The notes beneath the pieces were generated by a model. The model was not told where the DNA came from. It was given only the letters and a program-made list of their open reading frames with translations, and searched no databases. A stretch of 61,158 bases of DNA, counting the filler, from Thelocarpon superellum (taxonomy: Eukaryota): assembly GCA_026025795.1 (NCBI GenBank). It is 2 parts of 2 records of this genome, joined end to end, with 100 filler letters (N's around TTAATTAATTAA, not from the genome) between each part and the next. Parts side by side here need not be neighbours in the genome. Positions count along the whole stretch, not along the records: positions 1 to 30,533 come from JAPEUG010000201.1; 1 more part is not named here. One strand, 5' to 3'. Below are positions 11,185 to 24,834 of this stretch, one piece after another (the first letter of the stretch is position 1; every line of letters starts with the position of its first letter). A program made the position numbers and the translations under genes.

Positions 11185-12758
11185 ATGGTGCTCCTCCCAT
11201 CCTTCCTGGTCGTCTTGACCTGCTCGGCCGGCCTGCTTGACGCGGCCCGCCTCGACTCTCGCGGATGGGACTATTTCCAACCGGCTGGCGCCGAGCAGTT
11301 TGCAGGAAAGAAGAACCTGGCCAGCGCTGATGCTGGAAGCAACGCTGTCGCCGCCGCCGCGGCCCCCGTTGGCACTGCCGCTCCCGCCGCCATCAACGCC
11401 GTGGCTGCGACCAACACCACTGTCCCCACCATTGGCAAGAACTTCAAAGGTGGAAAGAAAGACACGAAAGGTGGAAGAAAGGACACGAAGGGTGGAAAGA
11501 AGGATACGAAAGGCGGAAAGAAGGACGCAGCTGCGGGTACCGCTGCTGGTGCTGCCGATGCCGCGGCCGCATCGACTGCTGCTAGCGCTGCCAGTACTGC
11601 TGGAGCCGCCGACGCGGCTGGTGCGGCCGGCGGCGCCGTCGATGCTGCCGCTGCGACCTCCGCCGCGGCCACGGCGGCTGGTGGCGCTGGTGGAGCTGCG
11701 GATCTGACTCTGAACCCCAAGGCTGTGCAAACGGGTAGCGCATCCACCGGTGCGGGGGCTACTGGATCGGATGCGGGTCAGGCCAACTCACTCACGTAAG
11801 TCTATTGCGCACGAAAGACGTGCAGGGCAAGGTCTGATGATCCCCGGGCGAATAGGGACACGGCCAACTTCATCAATTTTTGCGTGGACGGCAGCTCCCA
11901 GAAGGGCACACTCACCAACGGCTTGCAGGTCAAGGGCGGATCGTGCAATGGCATCCGTAAGCAAGACAACACTCCCCCGGACAAGGAATGGCGCGCTGAC
12001 GAGAGGTGATAGCTATGGGCGATATCCCGGCCTCGACCAACATGGTGTCATCAATCATCATCAGCCCCACGCCGGGCCAAGACTTGACGCCCACGACGAC
12101 ATTTAACATCTCGGTCCAGATGAACAACCTGGCGGCGGGATCCTTCACCAACCCGGATGTGACATACTACTCGGCCCCTCAGCAGCTCAAGGGCGGCCTC
12201 ATCGTCGGCCACACACACGTGACGGTGCAGGACCTCGGCGGCACTCTCACGCCGACCCAGGCCCTGGATGCCTCCAAGTTCGCCTTCTTTAAGGGCATCA
12301 ACGATGTGGGCAACGGCCAGGGCTTGTTATCGGCCACGGTCACGGGTGGACTTCCGCCGGGCGCGTACCGGGTGTGCACGCTGGCGGCGGGCAGCAACCA
12401 TCAGCCCGTCTTGATGCCCGTGGCTCAACGTGGCGGCCAGGACGACTGCACCAAGTTCACCGTGGGTGGTGTGGGTGCCGCGGGAGGAGCTGCTGCTGCC
12501 GGTGGGGCTGCTGATGCAGCTACCGGTGGCGCTGCCGCCAGCGCAGGTGCCTCCAACAGCACCGCCGGCGCTGCCGATGCCGTTGCGGCCACTTCCGCCG
12601 TGGCTTCCGCCGCCGCCCCTACTGCCACTGCCGCTGCCGCTGCGGGTGGCAAGGAAGCCACGGGCGGCCACAAGGACGGCCAGAAGGGCGGCCAGAAGAA
12701 GGGAGGCTTCCACTTCCGTGGCGCCCACCGCTTCAGTGCCCGCGACTTCATTGCATAG
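11185..12758 (+). CDS. Secreted Ala/Gly-rich protein with a conserved Cys-containing fungal domain of unknown function; introns 11796-11855 and about 11957-12012
   Basis: Signal-peptide-like MVLLPSFLVVLTCSAG. The spliced core NFINFC...LTNGLQVKGGSCNGIPMGDIP...YYSAPQQL...GHTHVTVQ...FFKGIND...NHQPVLMPVAQRGGQDDC is flanked by Ala-rich linkers. Confidence 0.85.
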
Positions 12759-13092
12759 AGCCGTGGACCGTGGACCGTGGACTCAACCCTAAACCCCCCC
12801 TCGCGATCTGGAGCGTGCATCTCAGGGAAGCTGCCTGGTCATGCCATCTTCCGACCTTTTCATTTTCTGCTCCATACTGCTGCCAAAAATGTACATAGGT
12901 CACATTGGATAGCGAGACGTTGTTATGCCATGTACAATACGACCATCCGTTGACGTCTCCGAGCGTTGTGACGAATCCCTCAAGCATCTGAACCTGCCTC
13001 ATCCGTGACCTTTCGTCCTACCGCCAGCCGTGCCTTGGCGGACGGACGAGATGTTGATGGATTAAGGTATGGTCGTTCTCCGGGGCGACGCA

Positions 13093-13168
13093 TCATGCAA
13101 AACGTGTAACATTATGCCAAACTCGTGACCTTATGCAAAACTCGTAGGCTTATGCAAAACGCGTGACA
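13093..13168. repeat. Four degenerate 19-bp tandem units TTATGCAAAAC(T/G)CGTG upstream of ECO1
   Basis: Copies start at 13093, 13112, 13131 and 13150. The last contains ACGCGT. Confidence 0.8.
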
Positions 13169-13571
13169 AGTTCTGGCACACGCAACGAAATGAATCGATC
13201 CGGCTCAAATCCAAATCCCCCCCCCCTCCTTGGCGAGGGTGGGGTGGACGACGAGTATGGCGGTAATTACGAGTACGAGTACTCCGTAACATAACATAAT
13301 TGTAGCCCGCTGCCACTGCAACACCGACCACCACCCACCAATGGCTGTGACTCGCACTGGTAGGCCGCGGTGGGGTCGGCCAGCTGCCACTAGCCCAAAC
13401 AGTAGCGAAACTCTCACCTCGACGCGTCCGCCTCGATGCGGCAGGATATTCGAGCACCAGGAGCTGCTCTACAATACCAATGTCGAATGTCTCCATCGCC
13501 AAGCATCGCCCGCCATGTTGGTGGACCTGAAGGTGCCTTGCCACAGGTTGGTAACGTCGTCATGTGGAAGG

Positions 13572-14783
13572 ATGAACGATGACGCTAAACGACATCATAG
13601 GTCTGTGGCAAAGACCTATGCACGACAGCCGAAACGCGTGCGCGACCACAATGAAGCTGCGAGCATGGTGGGGACGACAACAAAGAGACGGCGAATTGAC
13701 CGCCGCGATGATGTGACTTCCTCCTCTCCCGCCAGCAAGAGCTCGTGTCCGTCGGCATCAACATGTCCTTCACGTCACACACGGCAGACAGCATCATCCG
13801 ATCCGCCCTCGCAGTCCGACGACACCCCGCCCTCCTCTCCTCCACCTCAAGCCATCCCAGCGTCAATGAAGGATGGCCTCGCGCAAGTCACATCGTCCCC
13901 ACGCGAAGGGCGGCGCATCTCAATGTCGTGGTATCAACGACGTCGTCGCGGGGCACTGACCGAGTTGACGACGGCCAATGCACAGAAGCCGGCGAGGGTG
14001 AAGCGCCGACCGCGCCTGACGCAAACCCACATCGACCTTGGGCAAGGAGTCCGCACCCTTTGCAAGACATGCGGCATGGACTACATCTCATCCAATGATG
14101 AGGATGCACTGTGGCACAAACGCTTCCACGCCATGAACGTGGGTGGCGTGGACCTGGGCAGAAACGTGTCACGCAGCCTCCGGGCGAAGAAGCTGTGGAG
14201 CCCTGACGAGGCAGCGGAGGCGTCTGAAGGCAGGACTGAAGGCTTCATCGCCGTCGTCGATAAGAACGCCTCACTCGGCGAGCGGCAAAAAGCGAAGCAG
14301 GTGCTCCAAGTCGTGAACACGGAGCTCTCCGCCGTCGAACTTGATCATGGAGAGGACAAGCGGACGGCGGCAGCGGCGTCGCTTGGAACGGGAGATGGAA
14401 GCGATGGGGCCAAGACCTTTCTCTACGTCAAGGGCGACAAGTGCGTGGGCCTGTGCCTCGCGAGACGCATCTCCCAAGCACATCGCGTCAGTGGATGGAA
14501 GAAAGAAAGTGGCGCGTCGGCCGTCTCGCGGAGCTCGTCCGTGTCAATCAGCCACGAGACGGAACCAGCAGTGCTCGGTATCTCACGCATCTGGACCTCC
14601 AATTCCCATCGACGGCAAGGGATCGGTCGGAGACTACTTGAGTGCGCCAAAGATCACTTTGTCTACGGCATGAGCGTTCCCAAAGCCCGGATCGCATTTA
14701 GTCAACCGACGGAGAGCGGAGGATACCTGGCAGAAGGATGGTTCGGTGGTGCAACGGGATGGCAGGTATACTTGGAAGGCTGA
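13572..14783 (+). CDS. ECO1: Sister-chromatid cohesion acetyltransferase Eco1/Eso1 (start codon uncertain; the ORF is open from 13341)
   Basis: PIP-like QTHIDLG, C2H2 finger CKTCGMDY...HKRFH, and acetyltransferase motifs GISRIWT..RRQGIG and IAFSQPTESG. Confidence 0.93.
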   Translation: MNDDAKRHHRSVAKTYARQPKRVRDHNEAASMVGTTTKRRRIDRRDDVTSSSPASKSSCPSASTCPSRHTRQTASSDPPSQSDDTPPSSPPPQAIPASMKDGLAQVTSSPREGRRISMSWYQRRRRGALTELTTANAQKPARVKRRPRLTQTHIDLGQGVRTLCKTCGMDYISSNDEDALWHKRFHAMNVGGVDLGRNVSRSLRAKKLWSPDEAAEASEGRTEGFIAVVDKNASLGERQKAKQVLQVVNTELSAVELDHGEDKRTAAAASLGTGDGSDGAKTFLYVKGDKCVGLCLARRISQAHRVSGWKKESGASAVSRSSSVSISHETEPAVLGISRIWTSNSHRRQGIGRRLLECAKDHFVYGMSVPKARIAFSQPTESGGYLAEGWFGGATGWQVYLEG

Positions 14784-15349
14784 TGGTGGTTTCCATGTCG
14801 TATATCAACACCTGCACTAAGTGCTCTCGGATCCATGATCTGGTAAGCGGGCGGAGCGGTCGGATAGCTTCCGAGGAGCTGCCAGCTCTCTCGCCCATGG
14901 CATCCTCTCGGAAACCTTTCGCTACCCATGGCTGTTACTACGAAGGTGCCTGCCAAGCTCCTCGTAAGAGAACGGTTCGGTACCACTAGATAGAGATGAC
15001 GGTGGATGTAGTGCCTCAAGGCCATGTCCCCAATCCAACTCGCAGTACGACCCATCGCCGCGCACGTAAAACTCAGTAACCAATCCTCCGTAATCCGTAA
15101 TCCGGTCCGATGCGACGGCTGATGCGATCATTCGTGCCGGACGATTCTTCAACGATGCTGGTGTTCGACGCCGGGTCGAGCACTGGACGTAGTACCAATC
15201 ACGCGCAGTCAGCCCCAACAGCTCATACGGTGATTCCACATTCCCTTCACCTGGTCACCCCTTTCGTCGCGTCGTTTCCACCCCCGCCGCTTACGAACTC
15301 TGAGCCGTCAAGGTCCGACACACCGTGATTGACCGAATGTACGCCCGGC

Positions 15350-17364
15350 ATGGCCGGCGTCGCTGGAACGTCGAATCCCTTCCGACGGAAAGCGGCCAGT
15401 GCTACGGCACCTGCGGCTACACCTGCACCTGCGGCCGAAGAGCCGACGGGCGCTTTGCACCTCTCATTCGATGAGCCTCATGTTGCAACATCAGCCCAGA
15501 CGTCAGGTACGTCTCCTCGAATGGATGGTGTCGCGAAAGCTAATGGCCGACTCCAGGGCATCTCCAGTCCAAACGAGTCCGTATCATCTCCCCAACCCAG
15601 AGCTCGGCGGAGCTTTCCAGCCAAACACGGCTTGCACCCCCCTTAGAGCGGCAGCGGGGACAGGAGATAGTGAACACAGTGGGAGGGAATGAGATCGAGT
15701 CAATCGATTCCCCGCCCGTTGATCCGTTTGGATCCGACTCAGCCGAGGACGATGCTTCGTCGGTCGAGCTTGACTTACCCAAGGAGGACCAAGGACATTC
15801 ATCGATCCCTCCGACCAGCAGTGCCTCGTCCAAGACTCCACCGAACCCGTTTCGCTTCGATTTGCAAACTTCGCCGGATGGAGGTGGCCCTGGATCAACC
15901 AAGGCGTCTTTGGCAACGCATGCCTCCCTCCAGGATGCCGCAAGAAAGGAAGCGGGAAGGATATCCTTGGATGTTGATGAATTCAAACGACTGATCCTGA
16001 CCGGAAGACTGGAGCCATCGCCGTCGTTTTCGACTGCCACTCCGCCGTCACAGCTTCATGCTCCTTCTGGTCTTTCGGGCGACGGTGGAAGTATCACGGA
16101 TGCGTCATCTATCTCGCGGCAATCCATCTTTGAACCGGTGTCGGGACCGCCTCAAGACACGCCGCGGACGTCGCACGATTCCACCATCTCAGAGGATGAC
16201 CGAACATACCTTGCGGGCGAGAGGGCGCAATCCAGCTCGTCGAGAGTCGAGCCACTCGCATCTAGATCTGGGAATCGGATGCAGAATCGCACACCACCCC
16301 GCTCTCCATCATTGAACCAAGATGTACGCACCGCCATGCCAACGACCCCGACATCGCCCCAAGACCTAAATAAGCCGCTGCCAAGGCCGCCATTATCGGC
16401 ATCACCCGAAGCAGGTGTGGAAACTCCGTCAAGGCGGAAGATACCGCCAGATCCGCCGCTTGCTCGACGACATAGCCAGCATATAGCGCCGTCGAAAAGC
16501 CCTGGCCGACCGACGGGTCCCGGAGAGAACAGACCAGGCAGTGTTCGATTATCGTCCCAGTCGGAGGCCGTGGAATCAATGGCCAGCGTCGATACGCATG
16601 GAGGAGGCACGGGAGAGGACAGCCGATCTCCACCACCACGACCGCGACCTCGTCGACCCTCCCAACGACGAGCCAAATCGCCTTCTGCACCTGTGCCCTT
16701 TTCCTCCCCTGCTCCATCATCACAAGCACAAACACAACCCCAAGCTACACCACCCCCGCCACCTCCCTCGCGCACCCGATCATCATCATCCTCAGTCAAG
16801 CGCTCCTCATTGCGATCAGTCGTCAGTCTCGAAGATCGCCAGATCCTCTCGTCGACCACGGCGTCCAGCTCGACCATCAACCTCTCGCCCATGGCTCCGC
16901 CCCCACCTCCTCCTCCCCGTCGTCACCGCGGCTCAAGTCGAAGTAGCGTCGAGACCACGACGTCCATCACCACGACCACGCCTTCACACGCCTCCATCGT
17001 CACCACACCGCAGCAACGAACTCGCCGCGCCATCGTCGACTCTGAATCTTCATATGCGCCTTTTCAATCCTACTCTCCCTCCCCTTCACACGCGCCCACA
17101 TTTGCCGACGCCGACGTGGATGTGGATGTGGATGTGGATGTGGATGTGGATGTGGATGTGGATGTGGATGGAGATGAAGAAGGGGGAAAAAACGGGGGAG
17201 TCGACTTTCCACCAGACTCGCCCTCCAAAACCCACGCCATTAAAGGCGAAGTCCATGGAATCGCGAGCCTGAGTACGAGCGCAGACGCCCTGGCGGATTT
17301 ATCAGCCTTACAGGCCGAAGTTGATGCTTTACGCGGCAAATTTGCAAAGAAGTTGGAGAGCTAG
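15350..17364 (+). CDS. Conserved-looking Pro/Ser-rich disordered protein; intron 15507-15556
   Basis: Intron GTACGT..CTAAT..CAG joins MAGVAGTSNPFRRK in frame to the 564-aa ORF. It has NPF/DPF motifs, LDVDEFKRLILTG, poly-Pro tracts and a C-terminal helix DLSALQAEVDALR. Confidence 0.75.
17113..17169 (+). repeat. Coding hexamer repeat (GATGTG)n encoding (Asp-Val)n
   Basis: About 9 copies inside the Pro-rich gene. Confidence 0.9.
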
Positions 17365-17543
17365 ATTGCGTTGTTTGGTGGGGTAGACGAGAAGGGAAGG
17401 GGTGGGGGAGGAGGCCGAGGCCTGGACTCACAACCTCGTCGATGATGATGACGACGATGGTGACGACGATGACGACGATGGAAACGAGGGGTACCTGGAT
17501 TGTGTGAAAAGGAAGTGAAGCCGCATAGCTGGACCTAGCACTT

Positions 17544-17582
17544 ACCCTACTTACCTACCTACCTACCTACCTACCTACCTAC
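17544..17582. repeat. (CCTA)n tetranucleotide microsatellite
   Basis: ctacctacctacctacct run. Confidence 0.85.
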
Positions 17583-18049
17583 TCACTCCGATATCCTTCG
17601 TTTCCTCCTCTACTCTGCTCTGCACTACTTCACTTTACTTGACTTGGCTTTACATATCGCTACACGCATAAATATACCTCTTGACTTGGCTCTACGAACC
17701 CTTACGCGCATGTTTACCTCTCACTCTCTTCTACGATGCAAGAAGTATTCGTCCAAAGTACGACGAACGCTCGTCCTGTCTGCACTGCGTGTCCATGTTA
17801 TCTCATATCAGTGGGTAGAGTTTGTTGGCCTGCAATAAGCTCTTCTATCTGTACTGATCCCTCACATCCCCCTTCCCTCCCCTCCCTCTCCTCTCCTTCG
17901 TGTCCGCCCTCATTCATATCCCCTCTTTCTATACCCTCGCAATGATAGCGTACAGCGTAGGCGCGGTCGAGTTGATACGTCGTCAAGAGCAAGCTAGATA
18001 CAATAATCGAAGCAAACGCTACATCCTCCTTTCCTCCCACCCCTCGATC

Positions 18050-20243
18050 TTAAAAGTTCTCGCTGCCAAATGCAAAGCGAACGTCGGAATTCGAGTAGGT
18101 CTTGCACTTCAGATTCAACACTGCTCCAAGCGGCTTGGGTCCACAGAAGAACACGCCCGCTTCCGTGGGAGAGTGGATCTTGCGAATCGATCGGAAGATG
18201 GCGTCCCAGTTGGGTCGGCCAAAGTTCGTCGGCGCCCGCAGTCCCGTAATGGCATCGCATGGGGCGCTGGTGTCGTGGATCATGATGTTGGTGGCATCGT
18301 CGATGGCAATCTTGGCCGTGAGATACTATTCCATCGTTAGCCCCGGACCTCCTCTCACCCCACACTCCGTTCTCCACTCACGGTGTGGATCTCAATGGCG
18401 TTGTCCATGTCTTGCGCTTCGATCGCCATCAACAGAGACCGGAACCACTCAAACGACCCAAAGTCTCGACACACCCAGAAGAAGTACACCTTCCGGAGCC
18501 GTGTCCGCTCCTGTGGGTAGTTCATCCGATACCAGATGCTCTTCAGGATGGAGGCAAAGGGCGTTACTCCGATCCCGGCCCCCACGAGGATGGCCACCTC
18601 GTACTTGAACACGTCCTCGGACGCGCTCCCGAACGGTCCATCCACGTAGATCTTGGGCATGATGCGTCGAATGGCGGCGTCCACATCAACTCCCGCCGTG
18701 TCCTTGTTGACCGCTGTCACCGCCGAACCCCCCGATTTGTCCTCGAAATTGCAACCCAGCACTCCCGCCAAAGCTTTGGTAAAGTCCCCGACACATCGGA
18801 TATGAACCGAGACGTAGTCCTCTTGGGGGGCGCTTGTGAGCGTGAACGGATGGTATTGCCAGATGGAAACCTCGGGACAGCAGATAAACACGTACTGTGG
18901 CCTTGTCAGCGATGAACACCACCCCTGCACTCGACTCATCACATACCTGTCCAGCACGAGAGGTGATTTTGTCCTTCTTCATTTGAATCTCCACCACCTT
19001 GCTGGGGTGTTGCACCACCTTGGAGACAACGGTGGAATAGCGTCCACGGATCTCGCGGAGGATTCGTTCCGCCAGGTAGACCAACGCTCCCCACGCCCAG
19101 AACTTCCAGAAGAGACCGATGTTGGCGCAGTAGGGCGGGAGGTCGGGCTTGATCATGCAGAACTCGCCATGCACGGACCAGAAGATGAAGAACGGAATGA
19201 ACAGGTGGTGTGTATACATGAACCGTTCATGGTTGGCCTGCCGCGCTTTCCGGTGCGCCGTGCAGACGATGGCGATCAGACAACTGAGCATGAGATATCC
19301 CGTCCATCCCGGACCGGTCGTGAAGTTCAGCGCCAGGAACCCCTTGAACCCGAGGTTATTGCGAGCCGCGAGCCGGGCGAAATTGTTCCAGTGCGAGATG
19401 ACATGGACCACGGTGGCGGTGACGATAGACCACGCTACCACTACACCGGGTCAGCGTTAGACCTGTACGCGACATCACCATTCTACATACGCTTATGAAA
19501 GGCAAGATTCTTATCTGCATCTCGGCTTAGCTTCAGTCCACTGCACGCAGAGTACTTCTCTTACCGAAGTGGATGATGCCATTCAAAGGGGTTTGTCGGG
19601 CCAGAGAGATCAATGTTCGACACACGGCTGTCGTTGGATTAGCATCGTCTCCCGTGCAACTGAGGAGTGCAGCCACCGACGGAACAGAAGGATGGCGGCG
19701 TCGAAGTTGAGGACCATGGCCGCTCCTCGTGCCAGAGGATATGAGACACCGAGGACTTGCCGGGCGTTGTATAAGTTGTCCTGTATCTCATGATTGGTCG
19801 AAGGTCCGTATGAGTCAAGGGAGTTTACGCACCTTCATCGCATAGCTCATGAAACTGAAGACGAAGATCATGGTATGAACAGCGATAAAGGACGAGAGAT
19901 ACCTGCCGCTGTTAGCTCCCGACGTTCTCGAAGAGAGGCCACCAGGCCCGTACAGTCCGTGGTATCCTTTTTGTAGCATCCTGGCCGGCCAGTGTCAGTT
20001 GAGCTTCTCTGAGGCGCTGGGAGGAACTCACCATCGCTGGAACTTCGCTCGTGGTCCCAGCTCTGGCGGCACGTCTCCGGCCATCTCTCCGGAGAGGAGC
20101 ATTCTGGTGAGCGGGGGCCATCTTGACCGCTCGGTCTTGGTGGTCGAGATGGGGCTCGCCGCATCATCCGGATCCAAGGGATCCAAGGGATCCATGTGGT
20201 CCATGTGGTCCATGTGGTCCATGTGGTCCATCGACTTTTCCAT
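18050..20243 (-). CDS. noxB: NADPH oxidase catalytic subunit, NoxB/Nox2 type, about 8 introns
   Basis: NoxB-type N-terminal extension RSRWPPLTRMLLSGEM. Heme His motifs FHK, HVISHW, THHLF and WSVHG. FAD motif HPFTLTS. NADPH motifs VDGPFG, GAGIGVTP and FFCGP, ending in ENF*. Confidence 0.92.
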
Positions 20244-21824
20244 GTTGAGGGATGTCGAAGCGGAAGAGCGACGCTCACAATCAAAGGCAGGTCGTGAAGG
20301 AGCGGTGGGGACCCTTCAGACCCAGCTGAAGTCAATGGGTGTGGAGAATGACGGCGTCCTGGTCGAGTTACGAGAGCGATCAGCATGTGGCCATGGACCG
20401 TGGAGGAAGGAGCGCGAAGGTGGGCGCTTCTCATATGCGCGTGTCGCAGCAGCACGGTACCCACCTTCACCGTACTACACCGAGGCAGTCTCCATTAACG
20501 CGACGATACAGAGAGGACAGCACGAAAGAAGCCGGATAGAAGGTGAGGGTTTGGGGGACTCTAGTAGGCTTAAAGACAGTATCATGGGCTACGACAATGA
20601 CGGCAGACCAAACCTTGGTCAGCATGGACGGCTCTGCGGGGTGGCTCCGCGGTACGACGGACGCCGGTGTATTTGGGCCAGGAGCACTGGGAGAAGCGTG
20701 CGCATGGTGTTCGAGCCGAGATCCACCAGGGAGTGGTCAGTGCGCTCAATGGCAAAGCTTGATCAAGAGCGAATGACATTGATGAGGCAGGGACTGCCTC
20801 GACTAACCCTCATTCGCCGCGTGCGCCCTGAGTGGCTCGAAGGGCCAGCCAGGCCTCATCCGAGGCAGGCCTGACGGGGGGAGGACGCATTGCAGTACCT
20901 CTTGATAGCGCGTGCCGATTCATGACTCCGTGTCCCCGACGGCAGAAGCCATAGAAGCCCTCGGTGGTCGTAGACAAGTCCAGGCGGCGGAAGCGAAGCG
21001 GAGGTGCAAAGGGTGATCTGTCAATCGCTTGTTTGAGGAGTGCCTCAGATAAGATCAACCGGGACCCTTCGACAGGGATTACGACCACTCATGTTGGTCC
21101 AACTGCGACCGGCGTGCCACCGACTTCGAGGGCCGCAGAACCTACTCCGTCTGTCGTGGACGATGGCGACGGCGCATACGTGTATACCTCCTGAATCGTA
21201 GAATCTCACACGTCCGAATTGTCGGGATTGCGGGTCACGTGGCGTACCACGTGACCCCTCGGCTCATACAATTAGCAAGTTCACTCTAGCTTAGCTGGTT
21301 AACTTAGACAATACGGCTACTAGCCCCTACCTGTATAAAGGCCAAGAGTCTGACACGAATGGCCGAAAATGACAAGAGGTCCCGTTCCTACCATGGTATG
21401 GTCGACCTGGGAGCCAGCGCTATGACCACCCAGTCGACGCCATGTCCTGTTCGAAGGCACGCTTGGTTTCGCCCTGGTCTGCGAAGTAGTCGTAGTCTCA
21501 TTGTTGGCCGAAGGTGGACGCGGTGGTCACGTGCGATCATGGAAGCAGCCCGCTTCATACTCGTATGCTTCGATCTCGAGATATAGCACCACGTTCCATT
21601 GTTGGCATGCATGAATGACTAGGAGACCACGTGGAAAGAGAAACACCCGATGCCATTCATCAACAGCGACCAATCATCCGCTACCGCCCTGTGCAGCCCT
21701 CCATCACCACCGCTCGCCCTATCGTCGCCACTGTGTATCTCGAAAAGGTCGTTGTCTCATGGTCGAGGGCTGGCACACAAGTGAGCCCCGATCAATGCTG
21801 ACGTTGAGAAGGGTTAAGGGTCGA

Positions 21825-22665
<841 letters not shown>

Positions 22666-23379
22666 CGCGGAGGATCTACTCTCTTCGAGACGCGGCGTGG
22701 GGAGGGGATAAAGGCGACCGGGGAGGCTGAACGGGGAACGGAGCCTGGCGGAGAGCGACGACGAACGTGGCGGCTGGAGGGAGGATCTCGCTGGGTCCAA
22801 AGGTAGGTTGGTAAAGCGAGGAGACCTGAAGATGGTATGTCGACAATTCACCACCTGGACCAAGTACCGGTTGATCTGTCACGGAAGATGGTGACACGGG
22901 GATGATAACGTCGAGTGACGGATAGATCAATCGAGTGAGTGACGGGGTGTCGTGACTGAGGATTATGTCAGTCGGTCATCCCACGGCAGAAGGTGGCAGC
23001 CGGGAGGCGAGAGAAGCACGTCGATCATTCGGCGGGCCACAGCCGACCGTCAGACAGCTACGGTAAGCGGGACGCGAGTCGAACGACCCAATGAAACGTG
23101 TGCTATGTTACTGCATTATTGCCACGCGCAGCCCGGCGTACCCCACGGTGCCCCGCGGTAGCTGCGCCAGGACGCCCTGGGGCGGAGTGCGGATGCACCA
23201 TGTCGTTTTCATCACACAGCCCCGTTAACAAGACCTTCCCACACTTCCAGATCCTTCCAGCTCGGGTCTGTCATCTCCCATCACCCACCCGGTGGTGCAT
23301 TTACCATTCCTACGGCATGCGCTGAAGACGATCTGCTCACCCTGGACGGTCTGCCGACCCTGAGCCGATTCTACAAGTC

Positions 23380-24160
23380 TCATACAAAAGCCTGAATGCC
23401 AGTGATGGCGCGCCCCAAGATCAGACCTGTGCCGATGAAGAATGGTTAGCACGCCGACGCGTCACCCGGAGCCATAGCGTCCAGCACTTACTATGGATGT
23501 CACTCTGTCCCTCGTAGGTTTGCGTCACGAAGAGATTCGCGACATGTCGGCCGATGGCATACTCATCACTGACGGCATTTCCTCCGAAGATTTCTTGCAA
23601 CCTGCGCCCTGCATCAGCCCCTATTGAGCGCTCATGCAAGCGCTGAGGGTATGTACCTCCGCGCGTGAACCAGCGCGCGGTCACAATTCTGGCGCTTGAT
23701 CATGGAGACCATTTCTGGGACTAGCTTTCCTTGATCCTTTAACCGGCCCACCTGGGTAGCTGCGAGAATCCCGTAAGCGGCGTCGGTCGCGGCGTCGGCC
23801 AGCTTCTTCTGCACCAGCTGGTACTTCGCGATAGGGTTGCCTTTGAACTGCCTCCGCTCGAGTGCGTAGGTCCTCGCGCGATCGATGCAGTCTTCCAGCG
23901 CGCCCATGGTGCCCCACGCGATCCCATATCGTGCGGAGTTGAGACAGCTGAAGGGACCCTTTAAGCCCTCCACATCGGGAAACATGTTGGCTTCTGGCAC
24001 CGGACACTCGTCCATTTGGATCATGCCGGTCAGGGAGGCCCGCAGACCATTCTTGTTCTTGATGGCAGGCGTCTCGAGGGTGCCGGGTGGACAGGCATCG
24101 CGGTCAACGAGGAAGCCTCGAATCTTGCCAGTGCGCTGTAGTTTGGCCCAGACGAGGAAG

Positions 24161-24197
<37 letters not shown>

Positions 24198-24834
24198 CGC
24201 CGGACAGGGAGAGGAAGCCAGTCTTGGAGGGATGGGGCTTGGCCATGCTCTCCATCGAGCCCGGATCGGAGCCATGGTTCGGCTCCGTCAGGCCGAAACA
24301 GCCCAGGAGCTGGCCCTTGGCCAAGCGCGGAAGGTATTTGTCTCTTTGTTCTTGCGTCCCGAACTCGTCGATGCCGCCCATGACCAATGAGCTTTGAACG
24401 GACATGCCGGAGCGATAACCCGAGTCGACCCGTTCGACTTCGCGAGTGATCAAGCCGGACGCGACGTTGCTGACGCCTGCACAGCCATAGCCCGAGATGG
24501 TGGCGCCCAGCAAGCCCAGCTCACCCATCTCCTCTAGTATCTTCCGATCGTAGTCTTCATTCCGATATGCCTCTGTCCACAGTCAGGCGAGAACAACATC
24601 GTAAAGATCCCATCGCTCCTCCTTCTCCTTACCAAGTACCCGTGGCAGCATACGCCCTTGGCAATATGCCCGGGCGGTCTCTTGAATTGCCAATTCCTCC
24701 TCGCCAAAGAGCGTATCTGAGGCCAACGGGTCCTGCCATTGAAAGGTCGATGCGGTTGCCGATGCGTAATGCCGCCTGATCCGCGACGATCGCACCCGCA
24801 CATTGGGTGGACGTGGGCATATCAAGCGACGCAT
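23380..24834 (-). CDS. Mitochondrial glutaryl-CoA dehydrogenase (acyl-CoA dehydrogenase family), 3 introns
   Basis: Motifs [62 protein letters not shown] and [10 protein letters not shown]. Arg-rich presequence. Confidence 0.93.
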
